Shown: one piece after another, positions 1-14,374 of the stretch
Layout of the letters: every line of letters starts with the position of its first letter
How positions within the stretch are numbered: the stretch's first letter is position 1
From: Eledone cirrhosa
Taxonomy: Eukaryota
DNA: 64,000 bases
Direction of reading: 5' to 3'
Assembly (NCBI GenBank): GCA_964016885.1
Contig: OZ024740.1
Location: 197,966,001-198,030,000 of the forward strand
The notes under the pieces: generated by a model
What the model was told of the DNA's origin: nothing
The model's database searches: none
What the model saw: only the letters and a program-made list of their open reading frames with translations
Program-made: the position numbers and the translations under genes

Positions 1-560
1 CATACGTACATATATATACGTATGCATGTATGTACATATATACATACTACTGTACGTCTGTATACATATATGTATATACGTATACATACTTATATTTAAG
101 TAACAGCCGTACTAAGAGTGAGAAATGAAATTTCGTTTCATTTTTTTCCATTTATCGTTTTCGGTGCGCCCGGCCGACTAACTCACACGATATGCAAATT
201 AGGCTGCTCAGCCGTTAATATGCATAAGGAAAGTATATACTTTCAAACGTTCAATCATCTGACAGGAAGGTATACGATGCTGACGATAGCTAATAAGCTT
301 GAAACTAGTTCATCATTCCTTTGTCAGTGTTGAACAAAGGGGCAACGATGGTTGCTAAACACTGTACGGCTTAATTCGGGCTGTTTGTTGTTTACAAACA
401 AACGGAACATTATAATAAATGTTCGGTAAACCCATACGTACATATATATATGTGCATGTATCTATATATATACATACTACTGTACGTCTGTATACATATA
501 TGTATGTACGTATACATACTTATATTTAAGTAACAGCCGTACTAAGAGTGAGAAATGAAA
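1..560 (+). mobile_element. Tandem ~432-bp hammerhead-containing repeat (retrozyme-like / PLE-derived non-autonomous element); runs off the window start
   Basis: The unit start catacgtaca recurs at 1 and 433. The unit contains a type I hammerhead at 259-327 and ends in (TA)n at ~561. The same family occurs at 11821-12620. Confidence 0.75.
259..327 (+). ncRNA. Type I hammerhead ribozyme
   Basis: acgatg-CTGACGA-tagc taataa gctt-GAAA-ctag-TT-catcat. Stem I is extended by ctgacaggaag/ttcctttgtcag. Predicted cleavage is after 310. Confidence 0.8.
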
Positions 561-1030
561 TATATATATATATTACATCTGCCAGATATTATAGCAGTAG
601 TTAATTATGTCAAATTTGTATGCTACATATTCGGTTTGCAATGTAATTCATTAAGTAATAAATACTTATACAGAACAAAGCATGTATTACAAAATTTAAG
701 ATATGTTCAATGACATTTTAATGTCAATATAAGTACAGACCATAAATCCGAAATCTTGGTGGGAAAATAATAGTGTGAGCGTGCATTCTCTTATTACACA
801 GAAAAACATAAGAAATTATTTGTATGATTGTGAGAGATTATTGTCTCCTCATCAGAAGGTAACTACACCTAGATGTATCTGTCTACAGATGATCTTTGTA
901 GTATCGCTATATATGTGAAGCACCTTGTAGAATATAATTAAAATGGCCAATCTAATGTGCATGGCAATGAATAAATCAAATGATAAATATTTATGCACAG
1001 CACAATGTGTGTTTATTATCCTGACAGTTG

Positions 1031-1232
1031 GGGCCGGTGGATTGGCAGTATCGGTAGAGCGTCAGAAAACATGCTTTGCGGCATATAGTTATCGCCCTTT
1101 ACCTTCTGAGTTCAAATCCAGCCGAAGTTAAATTTGTTTGGAGTCGATAAAATAAATTACCAGTAAAGCAGTGGGGTCGGTTTAGTCGATTCCCTCGCAA
1201 ATTGCTGGCCTTGTGCCTATATCAGAAATCAT
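1031..1232 (+). mobile_element. tRNA-derived SINE (internally deleted copy)
   Basis: ggtggattggcagtatcggtagagc head, tgagttcaaatcc B-box and gctggccttgtgcc tail, all shared with copies at 19196, 19536, 37326 and 59516. Confidence 0.75.
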
Positions 1233-2436
1233 TATCTAGATATTTACGTTTGAAACACATGCAGCCATACAAAGAAACTGGTCATTTCAATGTAGAACTC
1301 CATTGTATTTGATATAAATAGTGGTGGCTCCAAGCTTCCTTTGCAGGCGAAATCATAGCCAGTATTGTATCCTGATAAACAAACAACTTTGTGAAAGGCA
1401 TAAAGGCAATATCTTATGTTGTTTTGTCCTGAGTGAATAGCAGAAAATGTATCTACACGTCTATATTTTCTCAGCAAGGTTTATAATGGTCTTGCTCTCA
1501 TGAGGTTCTGAGTTATAGCTCAGTGTGTGGCATCTTGGGCATGTGTCTAGGCTAGATCCAAATGATTTGAATGAAACTGGGCAGAGGGAAACTATGGAAG
1601 CACGACGGACGGGTCTTTCGTGGAATTGAATCTTCTAAGGTTGACATACTATGGCTCTCAGATTCACCTGAAGGATTACTTTAAGGATATACACGTCAGT
1701 GGAATACCCAACGACATGTTAATTTCTCGAGCACACAACTTCTATTGGTGGAACAAGTGGAAGGTTCATCACCGAAACCGACAGCGGTTCATTCCATTTA
1801 TAGCCAACCATACACAATTAGGTACAAAATCAAAGTTAGAAGAAAAAATGTATATAAACATACCAAAATTATGTCTCTACCCCATGATGTTTCATTCGCT
1901 TTTTGGAAATATCCGATCATGGATAAATTCACGAGTTTCGAAATCATCAGGAAACAAACTCAATTGGACAAAGATTTTTATTTATCCATGATCGGATATT
2001 TCCAAAAAGCGAATGAAACTTGATGGGGTAGAGACATCATTTTGATATGTTTATATACATTTTTTCTTCTAACTTTGATTTTGTACGGTTGGCTATATGT
2101 CTAATCGATTTCTACGGGCTATTAGAAATAGTGAGTAAATCTTCTGTGGCTGTTGATCGCGGCTAAAATAGCTATCATTTATTTATCTATTGTTTCTTCA
2201 TAGGTGCTTTTTAAACTTATAGCCTTGTTTAATTGATTTTTTGTGTGGTTAATTATGCTGATTGGGAGAGGAAATACTGTATATATTTTATCAAATGATT
2301 CTATGGCCTTACTTTCTTATATATTGCTCTGATTGTTGATTATTTAATTAATTAATTCGTCATTGAGCCACACCGGGAATGGTTGCCAAAAACACACATA
2401 TATATCTATGGCTCTGTCTAGTTTATGTATATGTAA

Positions 2437-2554
<118 letters not shown>

Positions 2555-2604
2555 TTATATAATGGCTATACATATACATATGTGTGAATGTGAATGTGTG
2601 AATG

Positions 2605-2993
<389 letters not shown>

Positions 2994-3118
2994 CATTCAC
3001 ACATTCACATTCACACATATGTATATGTATAGCCATTATATAAATATATATATATATATATATATACACATATTTATACTATACATATACATATGTGTGA
3101 ATGTGAATGTGTGAATGG

Positions 3119-3234
<116 letters not shown>

Positions 3235-3235
3235 T

Positions 3236-3303
<68 letters not shown>

Positions 3304-4477
3304 CATATATACATATATATATGTGTTTATGTGTGAATGCGTCTAAGCAGAATATGTATGTACATTTGATTGTAGGATTCCTACGGTTATACAACCTCCG
3401 GTAATTGTAGGAAGGTTGCACATTCTCCACCTTTTCTGCGCCACTCCAAATCCTACATCCTACATCGCAACTCCTTTATTTCTACAATTACTATTTATAC
3501 TTCAGGTTTGAAATTTACAAAATCCTTGACTAACGTTGTTTGTATACGTTTGCTTCAGCTATTTTTAACCTAATAAATGTCACATGTACATTTGTTAAGG
3601 AAATATATAAATCGAGGTTTTGATTCTCGTTAACACTGTCTGTGTGTCCAATATTTTAGGGCAGTAAGATTATTGAACTATGCTCTAGAACTGCATTTTC
3701 TGCCAGACAATTTAATAAAAGAACAAACGAAAGTGAGAGATGTAAAGAGACAAATAGTTAGAAATAGAAATAAATATTTGCATGGTGAGAATGATGGCAG
3801 AGTTAATACCTCATTCGTCGGTTTCTACGATGAACATTCACCTGTTTGATCAACTGAATGTTCATGCATATACACACATCCACACACACACACTCCCTCT
3901 CTCTCTCTCACACACACGCACACTCTCTAACACACACACTCTTTTTTTTCTCTCTTCTCTCTCTCACACACACACTTTTTCTCTCCCCCTCTCTCTCACA
4001 CACAGGCACTCTATCTTTCTCTCTCTCACACCCACACACACTCTCTCTCTCTCTCACACACACACTCTCTCTCTAACACGCACACACACACTCTCTCTCT
4101 CACACATACACACACACTCTCTCACATACACATACACTCTTTCTCTCTCTCGCACACACATCCACACACACACACACTCTCTTTCACACACATACACACA
4201 CGCTCTCTCACCCACACACACACACATACATCCACACCCACCCACACACACGCTCTCTCTCCCCCACACACACATCCACAGATACACACACGCTCTCTCT
4301 CTCACACACACACATCACATATATATTTTCTAGTTGTTATTTTCAATTGCAACAGCGTTTGAAACGACTTGAAAATATTTCAATTGGTATTTAAGAATAT
4401 TTACCATCGCTCTTATAAGCCAATTACTTCTCACGAGAGGCCTGTCTATACCTGTATATGTATGTATGTATGTATGT

Positions 4478-4619
4478 TGGCTGGGCTAAAAAGCCACATT
4501 CGATCGCAGCGCTGTTAGTTGCTATCGTGTGTGTGTGTAGATATGCTTATGTGTGTGCGTGTGTGTGTATATATATATGTATATGTATATTATTATTGTT
4601 GTTGTCGTTATTATTATTG

Positions 4620-4654
<35 letters not shown>

Positions 4655-4728
4655 GTTATTAATGTATGTGTGTGTGTATATGTGTGTGTGAGTATGTGTG
4701 TGTGTGTGTGTGTGTGTGTACATGTATG

Positions 4729-4773
<45 letters not shown>

Positions 4774-4880
4774 CTTTTTTTAAAATTTTTATTTTCTTTT
4801 TATTTATTTATTATTATTATTTTTTTTCTTTCTTTCTCCTCGTGCAATGGCCATACTCGATAACGAGGGGGCAGCCATCA
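4478..4880 (+). mobile_element. 3' end of an RTE-like LINE split by microsatellite expansion
   Basis: ggctgggctaaaaagccacattcg (4478-) and ggccatactcgataacgag...gcagccatca+(TGTA)n match 26165-26270. Confidence 0.5.
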
Positions 4881-4906
4881 TGTATGTATGTATGTATGTA
4901 TGTATG

Positions 4907-7900
4907 TTCTTCTGGTTTTATAATTTTACAAATCTTTTCCCAACAGAGAGAGAGTCGGTTTCTAACATAGACACAAGACTCTCTGATTGGAATTTACACA
5001 TCAACTAGGTAGCTTATGTATGCATGCATGTGTAGATATGGATGTTATTGTATGTGTGGATGTGTATGTTTTGAGTTGTATGTGTGCATGTGTATATGCT
5101 TTGTATCTGTACAAGTGTATATGCAGTTATTAGATGCAACATTTTTGTAATGTTTTACATATTTTTACTGTTCCATTAATGGATTGTACTTGCAATTTCC
5201 TAACTAGTTGTGTTCTTTCTGTTCCTGTGAAGCCTAGCTTCTCAAGATTTGTATTGAGGCAGTTACTAACATACCCCAGTGCTCCAATAATCACAGGTAT
5301 AAATCTGAAGGTGTAATCAGGGTGGAGTATCTGCGGATTTCTCATCAGTTCTGCATATATATTCTCCTTTTCGCTAATCTTTGATATTATATTGGCATCT
5401 GCTGGGCAGCTAATTTCCACTACTGTGCATGCTTTCTTCTCCCTGTCCCATATAATAATATCTGGTCTGTTATGCCTGCATTTCATTTGGGGCTTTTACT
5501 GGAACATTCCACCAGTACTCTCTCATATTATGTACATGGATGTCTTCCACATTGTTGTAGCTTTTAATGTGTTTATTATCGGGGCTATCTTTTTAACGAA
5601 CTGCATTGTACAGTGTTTTTGCCACTACATCATGCCACATAGGTAGATAGTACTGCGATGACATATTTGGACATCCGCTGATGACATGGGTGATATCGTC
5701 GATGTTAGTTCTGCAGAGTCTGCACTTGATATCACATCTAGGTGTTTTGCCTGCATCCCTATCTCTTTTGTGAATCAGGTATTTCGTGTTAATCTCCTCC
5801 TCTTGGGTTGCAAAAGCGTATTCTTCAAAGTGGGAGCCAATAGCGCGGTTGTTGGTCCAAGATAGACTACTTTCCTTATCTATATTACTCTCACTTTGGA
5901 GCTTCCTGGGAACATATCCATGCATGATTTTTTGCTGATAAGCATGCAGTTTTGCATCCACGGATTCACTGCGATACTGCTGGGAGATTTTCTGGGTGTA
6001 AGGTTTTGATTATCACACAAGGAATATCTCTCTAGGAGTTCCTTCCCAACTCTATGAACTTATCTGTTTCATGCAGATAGACTTGCTCGAGAGACGGGCT
6101 CCTACGCTTCGAAGTTCGTAGATGTTGTCGGAGAGATATGATGCGACATTCAAATGTTGTCTGGACTGATGTTAGGCCTCTGCCTCCCTGCTTACGTTTC
6201 AAGTAAAGGCGGTCTATATCACTGTTGATGTGAGAGTTTCCGGTGTTATTTAGTATTTTTCGAGTTCCAATATCAACTGCTCGGATTTCGTCTATCGTCC
6301 AATTGAGTATTCCAAACGTTGGTGTTAGGACAGGCACAGCAAACACATTGTGAACCACTGTTTTGTTTTGCGCAGAGAGTTCCGATGACCAAATCTTTGT
6401 TAATCGGGTATAGTATTCCCTGGTTACGCGTTCTTTATTACAGATACCATTATAGGATATGTTCTCATCTATCCCCAGGTATCTGTAGCAGTCCTCATCA
6501 GATATCGGTGAAACAGTTAGGCCATTGATGACAATGTTGCTAGATTGTGTTGTTGTTTTTCCCCGCTTTACAGTCATGTATGAGCATTTATCTTGGCCAA
6601 AATCCATTCCTATATCCTTTGAGAACGTTGTAACCAGGTCAACATTTTTCTTCATCCCATCCATGTTCTTGCATAGAGTTTCAGATCGTCCACAAAGAAA
6701 TTATGGGTTAGGTTCGTATTTCTGTCCTCATGTGAGCCAATGATGTATCCCTCACATTTCTTGAGCAGAAAGGACAAAGGGTTTAATGACAAGATGAATA
6801 ATATCACAGAGAGACTGTCCCCCTGAAATATACCCCTGCGATATTTCATTTTATCAGTGAAAATAGAGTCCTCCCTCTCTGTCTTTAACCTTAGGATAGT
6901 AGCCCAAGAAGAAGACACCCTCTCTATGGCTCTGACAATAATGTCTGGGACTTTAGCAAGTTGGAGGGCCTCTATCATCCAACAGTGAGGAACAGAATCG
7001 AAAGCTTTCCTGTAGTCCATCCAGACTGTAGCCATATTCCTCCTAAGTTGTCGCACCTCTGACATCGCAGTTTTGTTGATTAGGAGTTGTTCAGCACATC
7101 CCAAACCCCTTTCTTTCCAGCTGCTTGTTCATCTGCGATGATGTTATTATTTTCACAGTGATCTTGGAAGAATAGGTTCAGACAAGCTGTATACATCTTA
7201 TACATCAGGTTCTGGCATGCAATGGGTCGGTAGTTTTTTGCCAAGTGGGTGTCTTTGTTCTTGGGGGACCAGTAATGTTTGTGCTAATGTCAACTATTCT
7301 GGTATAAGTGTATCTCCCTTAAGAACTTGTTGGTAGAGGTCAGTAAGATACCTCCGATAGAATATCAGTTTTTTGTACCAGTAGCCGACAATCATATCTC
7401 TTCCTGGTGTTTTCTCATCTTGGAGTTTTCCTATCACATCTTGGTTGAAATTCTTCTTTTCACCCCATATTTTGCTCCAAAAGGAATCTATGTCTTTCTG
7501 GGATGGGGCTACAGTGACACTTATTTTGTTCTTCAAAATTCTATAGACTGATGTTTGGTTTCGTCTGAATCTTTTATTAATCCCTTTTATCTCATCTAAC
7601 TTCTTCAGGTATCGGCGTTTTTCGCTAACAGCTCTCAATTCTTGTTTGAGGGTGATCAGCTTATATTGAAGAGTTCTGGTTCTACTGTTACCAAACATCG
7701 TCTCTATTTTATTTTTCACTCTTTGTTGGTGAGGAGTGAGGTTTTTTTGTGTTTGTTTGCATGTAAGGAGCATTGTCACATATCCTATGGTTTTTCGTAG
7801 GTCAGCAATCTTTTTTTCTATTTTAGTTATATATGATGGTATTTTTGGTGGTGTTCTGTTCTTGTTAATATCTCTGCTATCACCAAGATAATGCTTCACT

Positions 7901-8978
7901 GTCGTTGCTAAGGCATATAAACAGGCGTTGATTTGCCAAAATGTTGGGTTTTTATCCGTCGTAAATAATCATCCCTTATTTCGTCAATAACACGTAATAT
8001 TTCATTATTTGGTTTTTTATTAAACATTGTCGTTTTAATACGTTCAGCAAGAGAGATATTTATACATGAATTAATTACTCTCTGGAAGATATCGTTGAGG
8101 GAAATTTTCAATTGTTTATACTTTTGACTATTATCATTATCGATAGTATTTTCCCCAATAGTCGAGGTAGACTCGGATGGTACACGTGATGTCAAATTTT
8201 TTCGATTATTATTATTTCTTCGATTATTATTATTATTTCTTCGATTATTATTATTATTTCTTTGATTATTATTATCTTCGATAGTGTTTTCCGAGCATTC
8301 GAGGTAGACTTAGATGGTACAGGTGGTGTCAAGTTTCTTACAGGCATAGTTGTTTCAAGGCGCTGTTCGACCTGATTGCTAGGAAGTCTAGTAGCATGGC
8401 GACCTGTAGCACGTGTTGTTGATCCCCTGTTTGTTGTGGGGGACTTACAATTAATACTATTTATTTTATTTTTACGTTCAACAAACGTGGCTTGTTGGCG
8501 TAATTGTTTCGCTGTGAGATAATTTAGATCTGGGTGCATTTCGTCCTAGTGTAGCTTCATTCTGTTCATATAGCCAATGGAGGGATTGTTTTTTGCCATT
8601 TTATAACAATTAAATAAATCATTATTAAGTTCGCAACTCCAAGAGAAATGCGATTTATAATCTCGGTTTCTTCTGTAGCTACAACTGAATAAAGTTTGTT
8701 TACCTTTCTTGTTGGTTGTCTTCGATACTCCCTTAATTTTGTTGTTGATGTTGTGTTCAGCCATGTTGTTTGTAGCAATTCCTTGTAAAATGAATTATGT
8801 ATTTAGTCGGATATCTGTACGAATTCGAATAAAAGGTGTCTTCAGAAGATATAGTTAGAAGAATAATCAGTTATTCAACATGACTGTAGTTGTGGCATTA
8901 CTGTCGCAGATAGTATTCATCTTAAATCTAATAAATAGTCTCCCACGCCAAAATATGCGACTGATCGCGTTGACTGTA
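4907..8978 (-). mobile_element. Near full-length R4/Dong-clade non-LTR retrotransposon (RT + restriction-like endonuclease), degenerate
   Basis: Fragmented ORFs carry RT motifs (WMDYRKAFDSVPH, GIFQGDSLS, FFVDDLKLY), a CCHC motif (CRLC..THVISGC) and the RLE motif RPDIIIWD..VEISCP..K. Flanked by (TGTA)n at both ends. Confidence 0.9.
5130..8764 (-). pseudogene. Frameshifted R4/Dong single ORF (RT-RLE polyprotein)
   Basis: Collinear ORF pieces 8546-8764, 8192-8539, 7908-8195, 7294-7899, 6652-7104, 6032-6664, 5593-5961 and 5130-5486. Confidence 0.85.
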
Positions 8979-9310
8979 TAGTATATATGTATATATGTAT
9001 GTATGTATTTATGTATGTATGTATTTATGTATGCATGTACGTATGTATGTACATATGTATGTACGTATGTATGAACGTATGTATGTGTTTTTGTGTGTAT
9101 GTATGTATTTATGTATGTATCTGTGTATGTATGTATGTGTGTGTATGTATCATTGTATGTATCTATGCATGCATGTATACATGTATGTATGTATGTTTAT
9201 GTATGTATGTGTGTGTGTGTGTGTGTGTATGTATGTTTATGTATGTATGTGTGTGTGTGTATGTCTATCTATGTATGTCTGCATGTATATAAATATGTAT
9301 GTCTATTTAT

Positions 9311-10010
9311 GCTATTCTGGTTTTATTATTTTATAAATTTTTCCCAATAGATAGAGAGTAGTTTTCTAATGTAGAAACGAGACTCTTTAATTGGAATTTA
9401 GACGACATCAACTAGGTAAATAGGTATGTATGTCTATATGTGTTTCTGTGTGTGAGTGTGCAGCTATAGCTGTTATTGCATGCGTGGATCTGTAGGTTTT
9501 GAGTTATATGTGTACACGTGCATATGTTTCTGTATGTATACATGTGTATATGCATTTATGTATGTATATTTCTGTATGTATGTATGTATGTATGTATGTA
9601 TGTATGTATGTATGTATGTATGTATATGCATTTATAACATGTTGAATTTCCGAAATGTTTTACATATTTTACAGTTCCATTAATGGCATCTACTTACAAC
9701 CTCCTAAATAACCGTGCCTATTGTAGTTTTGTGAAGTCCAGCTTTTCAAGATGTGTACATATCCCAGAGCCCCAATTATTACAGGTGCAAATCTAAAAGT
9801 ATACACCGAGTGGAGTATTTTCAGATTCCTCAATAGGGCAGAGTACATTTACTCTTTTTCACTAATTTTTAGGATTATACTAACATATGCTGGTCAGCTG
9901 ATTTCTACTGTGCACACCTTCTTTTCTCTGTCCCATATCGCTATTATCATTATGTCTGGTCTGTTATGTTTGCATTTTATTGGGGTTTTGACTGGAACAT
10001 TCCAAATATT
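9311..10010 (-). mobile_element. Diverged 3' fragment of an R4/Dong element
   Basis: The 3' UTR (ttctggttttattattttataaatttttcccaa) and RLE-coding region resemble 4907-5510. Adjacent to (TGTA)n. Confidence 0.75.
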
Positions 10011-10299
10011 CTTAATTTATGTATGCGCATATCCTCCATATCACAAAATCTTTATACGTTTATTTGCAGAGCTATCCTTTCCATGGATTGCATTTTAAAT
10101 GAGTAATGTACCCAGATTTAGAGAGAAGTAGACGACCACACACTTCACGACTCCCGCTCCTGACATTGTAAGTTTTTCATGGTCAAGATGTCTCTCTTCA
10201 ACCATTCTGCAGCCTTTCTTAACATGTCCTCTCCATTCAACCCTCTTTAAAGAAATAACTTTTCAGATTGTTTTGCAGCTTCTTGTAATGTGTTTGGAT

Positions 10300-10969
10300 G
10301 GGACCATCCATGTAAACTTTTCAGATTGTTTTGCAGCTTCTTGTAATGCCTTTGGTCTAAATTTAACCCCAAACAGACTAAGCTAATGTTCACCCCATCA
10401 CCAGGGGAAGCATATATTGAGCCAAATATAATGGTGCATGGAACTAGATTAGGTGTGGTTGACACTTTTGTTTACTTGGGCAGTGCATTGTTGAAGAATG
10501 GTTCGCTGGATGCAGAAGGCTCTGTAGCCCTCGGAAAACTCGAAAAGAGAGTGTTTGTGGATCATGGCATCAATATCAAGACCAAGATTAGTGTGTACAA
10601 GGTCTGTATACTGAGTTCTCTGTTGTACTCTTCGGAAACATCGTAGACATCTTAATTTGCTTGAACACTTTAATCAAAAGTGTTTAAGATGAATCCTAAA
10701 CATCAAATGGCAACAAAAAATACCTGACACACAAACACTTATAGATGGTGGTTGTACAAGCATTGAATCTGCCATAATATCCTTTCAAATGCGTTGGGTA
10801 GGCCATGTTGTGTGCATAAATGAAGAAAGACTCCCAAAACAACTATCCATTTTAGTTAATTGTACACTGGGAAATACCTTCAGCACAAACTAAGAAAAAG
10901 ATGCAAAGATAGCATCAAAAAACAACCTTAAGGATCTACAGTTTGCAGTTCAGAACTGGGAAGTGGTTG

Positions 10970-10970
<1 letters not shown>
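10300..10970 (+). mobile_element. RTE-clade (BovB-like) LINE RT C-terminal fragment
   Basis: VDTFVYLGS...TKISVYKVCILSSLLYSSET, followed in other frames by ILNIKWQ and MRWVGHV. Confidence 0.8.
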
Positions 10971-11021
<51 letters not shown>

Positions 11022-11024
<3 letters not shown>

Positions 11025-11260
11025 GAAGTTCTATTTAAATTGTTGGGATACAACAAGCAAATATTTTTATAACTGATATAAAGCACTCAACAAATTATTG
11101 GAGTAAAAATACGATATATTAACAAATGGAAACTATATTTATAAAACCATATTTATTTCATTATACATATTTCAAGGACACCAAGTTAAATTATGGTGTG
11201 TTTTCATCAGATAAAATATAATATAGATCAGTTTTACAAATAAATATTCACATACCCTTA
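11022..11260 (-). mobile_element. Hammerhead-bearing PLE-type terminal repeat (family also at 35463-35705, 36225-36445, 44675-44712)
   Basis: Shared sequence with those loci. Abuts (TA)n and contains a hammerhead. Confidence 0.7.
11155..11217 (-). ncRNA. Type I minimal hammerhead ribozyme
   Basis: Reverse complement reads attttat-CTGATGA-aaacacacca...tggtgtcctt-GAAA-tatgta-TA-atgaaat. Confidence 0.7.
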
Positions 11261-11593
11261 AAGAATGCGACCATTTCTGTTGGAAGCTCCCGGATAGTGG
11301 GGTTATTAAATTTATTTAGTCTATTATGCAAATTAGTGTCGGATATGTTTAAATCACAGTAGATTTAAAATAAGCCGTTGGGTTATGGAAAAAGGGAAAG
11401 AAAAGAAAGCGAAAAAAAGTGCATTTGTCGCACTCTAATCTGTATACAGATTAGAGTGCGACAAATGCAGCAATCTACTGACATGGCTTTAAAAATGAGG
11501 CTATGTATAATTGCAAATGAATCGAATATTATTATTAATATTCGAAAAATCCAGATTACATTTATTGTATTCAGCTATGTGGAGCGAAAATTT

Positions 11594-11660
<67 letters not shown>

Positions 11661-11887
11661 CATTCTGTCGTTACAACAGCAGAGGTTCGACGAGCTTTAG
11701 ATTCCAGAGTCGGGCCTGATCGATACAGATCGAACCTTGAGCTGATCAATAGCGTAATGTGCGTTACCAATCAATAAACGTAATGAAAGCTTTACATGTA
11801 TTATTATATTTACGCTCTTTTTGTAAACAAACATCCCGAATTAAGCCGTACAGTGTTCGGCAATCATCGTTTCCCTTTTGTTCAACA

Positions 11888-11956
11888 CTGACAAAGGAAC
11901 GATGAACTAGTTTCTAGCTTATTAGCTGCCATCAGCACCGTATACCTTCCTGTCAG
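11888..11956 (-). ncRNA. Type I hammerhead ribozyme (core variant CUGAUGG)
   Basis: Reverse complement reads acggtg-CTGATGG-cagc taataa gcta-GAAA-ctag-TT-catcgt. Confidence 0.6.
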
Positions 11957-12362
11957 CCGATTGAACGTTTGAAAGTATATACTTTCCTTATGCACATTAA
12001 CGGCTGAGTCAGTGTTGAACAGTAAGGCAACGATGGTTGCCGAACACTTTACGGCTTAAATCGGGCTGTTTGTTTACAAACAAACCGAACATTATAATAA
12101 ATGTTTGGTAAACCCATACGTACATATATATATGTGTGCCTGTATGTATATACATACTACTGTACGTCTGTATACATATATGTATATACGTATACATACT
12201 TATATTTAAGTATCAGCCGTACTAAGAGTGAGAAATGAAATTTCATTTTTTCCATTTATCGTTTTCGGCACGCCCGGCCGACTAACTCACTCGATATGCA
12301 AATTAGGCTGCTCAGCCGTTAATATGCATAAGGAAAGTATATACTTTCAAACGTTCAATCGA

Positions 12363-12431
12363 CTGACAGGAAGGTATACAATGCTGATGACAACTAATAA
12401 GCTAGAAACTAGTTCATCGTTCCTTTGTCAG
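12363..12431 (+). ncRNA. Type I hammerhead ribozyme
   Basis: acaatg-CTGATGA-caactaataagcta-GAAA-ctag-TT-catcgt, with extended stem I ctgacaggaag/ttcctttgtcag. Confidence 0.7.
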
Positions 12432-12618
12432 TGTTTAACAAAAGGGCAATGATGGGTGCCGAACGCTGTACGGCTTAATTGGGGCTGTTTGTTTACAAAC
12501 AAACCGAACATTATAATAAATGTTCGGTAAACCCATACGTATATATATATGTGCATGTATGTATATATATACTACTGTACGTCTGTATACATATATGTAT
12601 GTACGTATACGTACTTAA

Positions 12619-12661
<43 letters not shown>

Positions 12662-12855
12662 GGAGTTATAAACTCAAATAGTCTTTTACAATTAAATAGC
12701 TCAAAGAAAGGAATATTTCTGAGCCGTGTAATACAAATTATATATTCCAGTTCCTCAGAGAAATAACAACCCAACCAGGAGCTGGACATATCGGAGTATT
12801 GACGGAGTAAAACACTTTAACAACATGTGAACCTGTCTCTACCACACCAGTTCGG

Positions 12856-12910
12856 ACTGCCTGAAGAGTTCACAGCCAATGATGGCTGTCACCGAAATAT
12901 ATATAGCAGT
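12856..12910 (+). ncRNA. Type I minimal hammerhead ribozyme
   Basis: actgc-CTGAAGA-gttcacagcca atga tggctgtcacc-GAAA-tatata-TA-gcagt. Stem I is perfect and stem II is strong. Lies inside the (TA)n-flanked element 12660-13060. Confidence 0.85.
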
Positions 12911-13069
12911 ACATCTTTAATAAACGAAGCCAAATTTTAAATATTTGACTTAATTACTTTATTTTACATTACGCCGGAGTAACCAAACCAACCTGCGTAC
13001 TTCGTTGAGTGCTCCAATCTGCATACTGGGGTGTCGGTAAACAACCAACATATACTCAGAATATATATA

Positions 13070-13150
<81 letters not shown>

Positions 13151-13222
13151 TTATATATATATATATATATATGAAAGGATTATAAAGGAGAATAAATACT
13201 GTCAGAATATATTTATATAAAA

Positions 13223-13263
13223 GCACCTATGTACGTTTCGCCCGAAAAGGGCTTCTCAGGGGC
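13223..13263 (-). ncRNA. Degenerate hammerhead ribozyme
   Basis: Reverse complement reads gccc-CTGAGAA-gccc tttt cgggc-GAAA-cgtaca-TA-ggtgc. The core appears to lack one base. Confidence 0.4.
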
Positions 13264-13846
13264 ATAGAAAACTACAGTGTATTCAGTACAGGACTCATAA
13301 GGGGTTTTAAAGTGATACATACATCAAAGTTCATTCTTAGTTCAAACATACACATTGTTATTAACACAGGGCGAGTGTTTGAATAATTGTCCCCAAAGGG
13401 CTTATTACCCGTACACATGATGGTGGTTTTCCATTACTAATTTGTGGGTGCTACTTTACTATTGTCAATTCAGGCAGGGTCTGAGATGCATAGTTGGTGT
13501 ACATCTCAGACCCTGCGTGAATTGACAATATTAAAGTATGTAAATTCGGTCAACACGTATGTATCCTACACACCTCCCTATAGTTTCTTAGCTTTGATCT
13601 CTCCATCGCTCTTCCCTCTCTCTATAATAGATCATTCCCCTCTCTATAATTTATCTGCTTTACTCTCTCTGTCGCTCTTCACTCTCTAACATCATAAAGC
13701 TGAGCGTCGTCTCTCTCTCTCTCTCTCTCTCTCTCCCTCTTTCACCCTCTCTATAATTTAATTGCTTTACTCTCTGTCTCTCTTCACTCTCTATATGACA
13801 ACACTCTTTTACTTTCCGTATATACCTTCAATATTTCAATATATAC

Positions 13847-14165
13847 CCAGGTTCTGCTGCACGTTGGGCTGAGGTGGCCAAACTCCTCAAATACCGGTCG
13901 CTCTCCGACAGGTTTGCGGTCGTACCCCTGGCAGTGGAGACTTCTGGTGTCCTCGGCCCCAGAGCTACCTACTTACTCACCACCATAGGCGCTGAGCTGG
14001 CCAGCCGCTGGTGTGAGCCCCGCGAGTTGGAGTGGATTTTCCAGCGCGTCTCACTTGCCGTCCTCCAGGGAAACGCCTTCTCCATTCTGTCCGCCGGGGC
14101 TGTGGGTGGGCCCCATCGCGTACCGTTGTAGTTGTTGTATACAAATATTAACTCATCAATCCCAT
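13847..14165 (+). mobile_element. 3' fragment of a CRE-clade non-LTR retrotransposon (RLE C-terminus)
   Basis: AEVAKLLKY..FAVVPLAVETSGVLGP...IFQRVSLAVLQGNAFSIL is typical of CRE RLE C-termini. The region is a GC-rich island. Confidence 0.75.
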
Positions 14166-14374
14166 TGTTTATATCATATATCAACATAGAGATGAGCGTC
14201 GTATGTATGTTTATTTCAAAAGGATAACCTACTTCAAATTCGGTCAACACAAAAGCAGGTAATTCATACATCAAAAGGCAACCCTCTTAGAGAGACAGAG
14301 AGTGAAAGAGACAGATTAGGAGAACTTTGGTGTGGGTATATTGTCACCAATTTAGCGGAGAAGTATTTAGAAGT

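Larger units (their letters stand above)
11821..12620. mobile_element. Second locus of the ~420-bp hammerhead tandem repeat: inverted partial unit (11821-12008) plus ~1.5 direct units
   Basis: Homologous to 1-560. The unit start recurs at 12115 and 12534. Inversion junction at ~12008/12009. Ends in (TA)n. Confidence 0.75.

Noticed and set aside
118-333. 71-74 aa ORF conserved between two loci (also 12228-12452)
   Set aside because: It starts at GTG, has no domain signature, and its conservation is explained by the repeat and hammerhead.
1244-2023. Non-repetitive-looking ORFs as host exons
   Set aside because: No recognisable motifs, and the region is interleaved with SINE remnants. It cannot be supported without a homology search.
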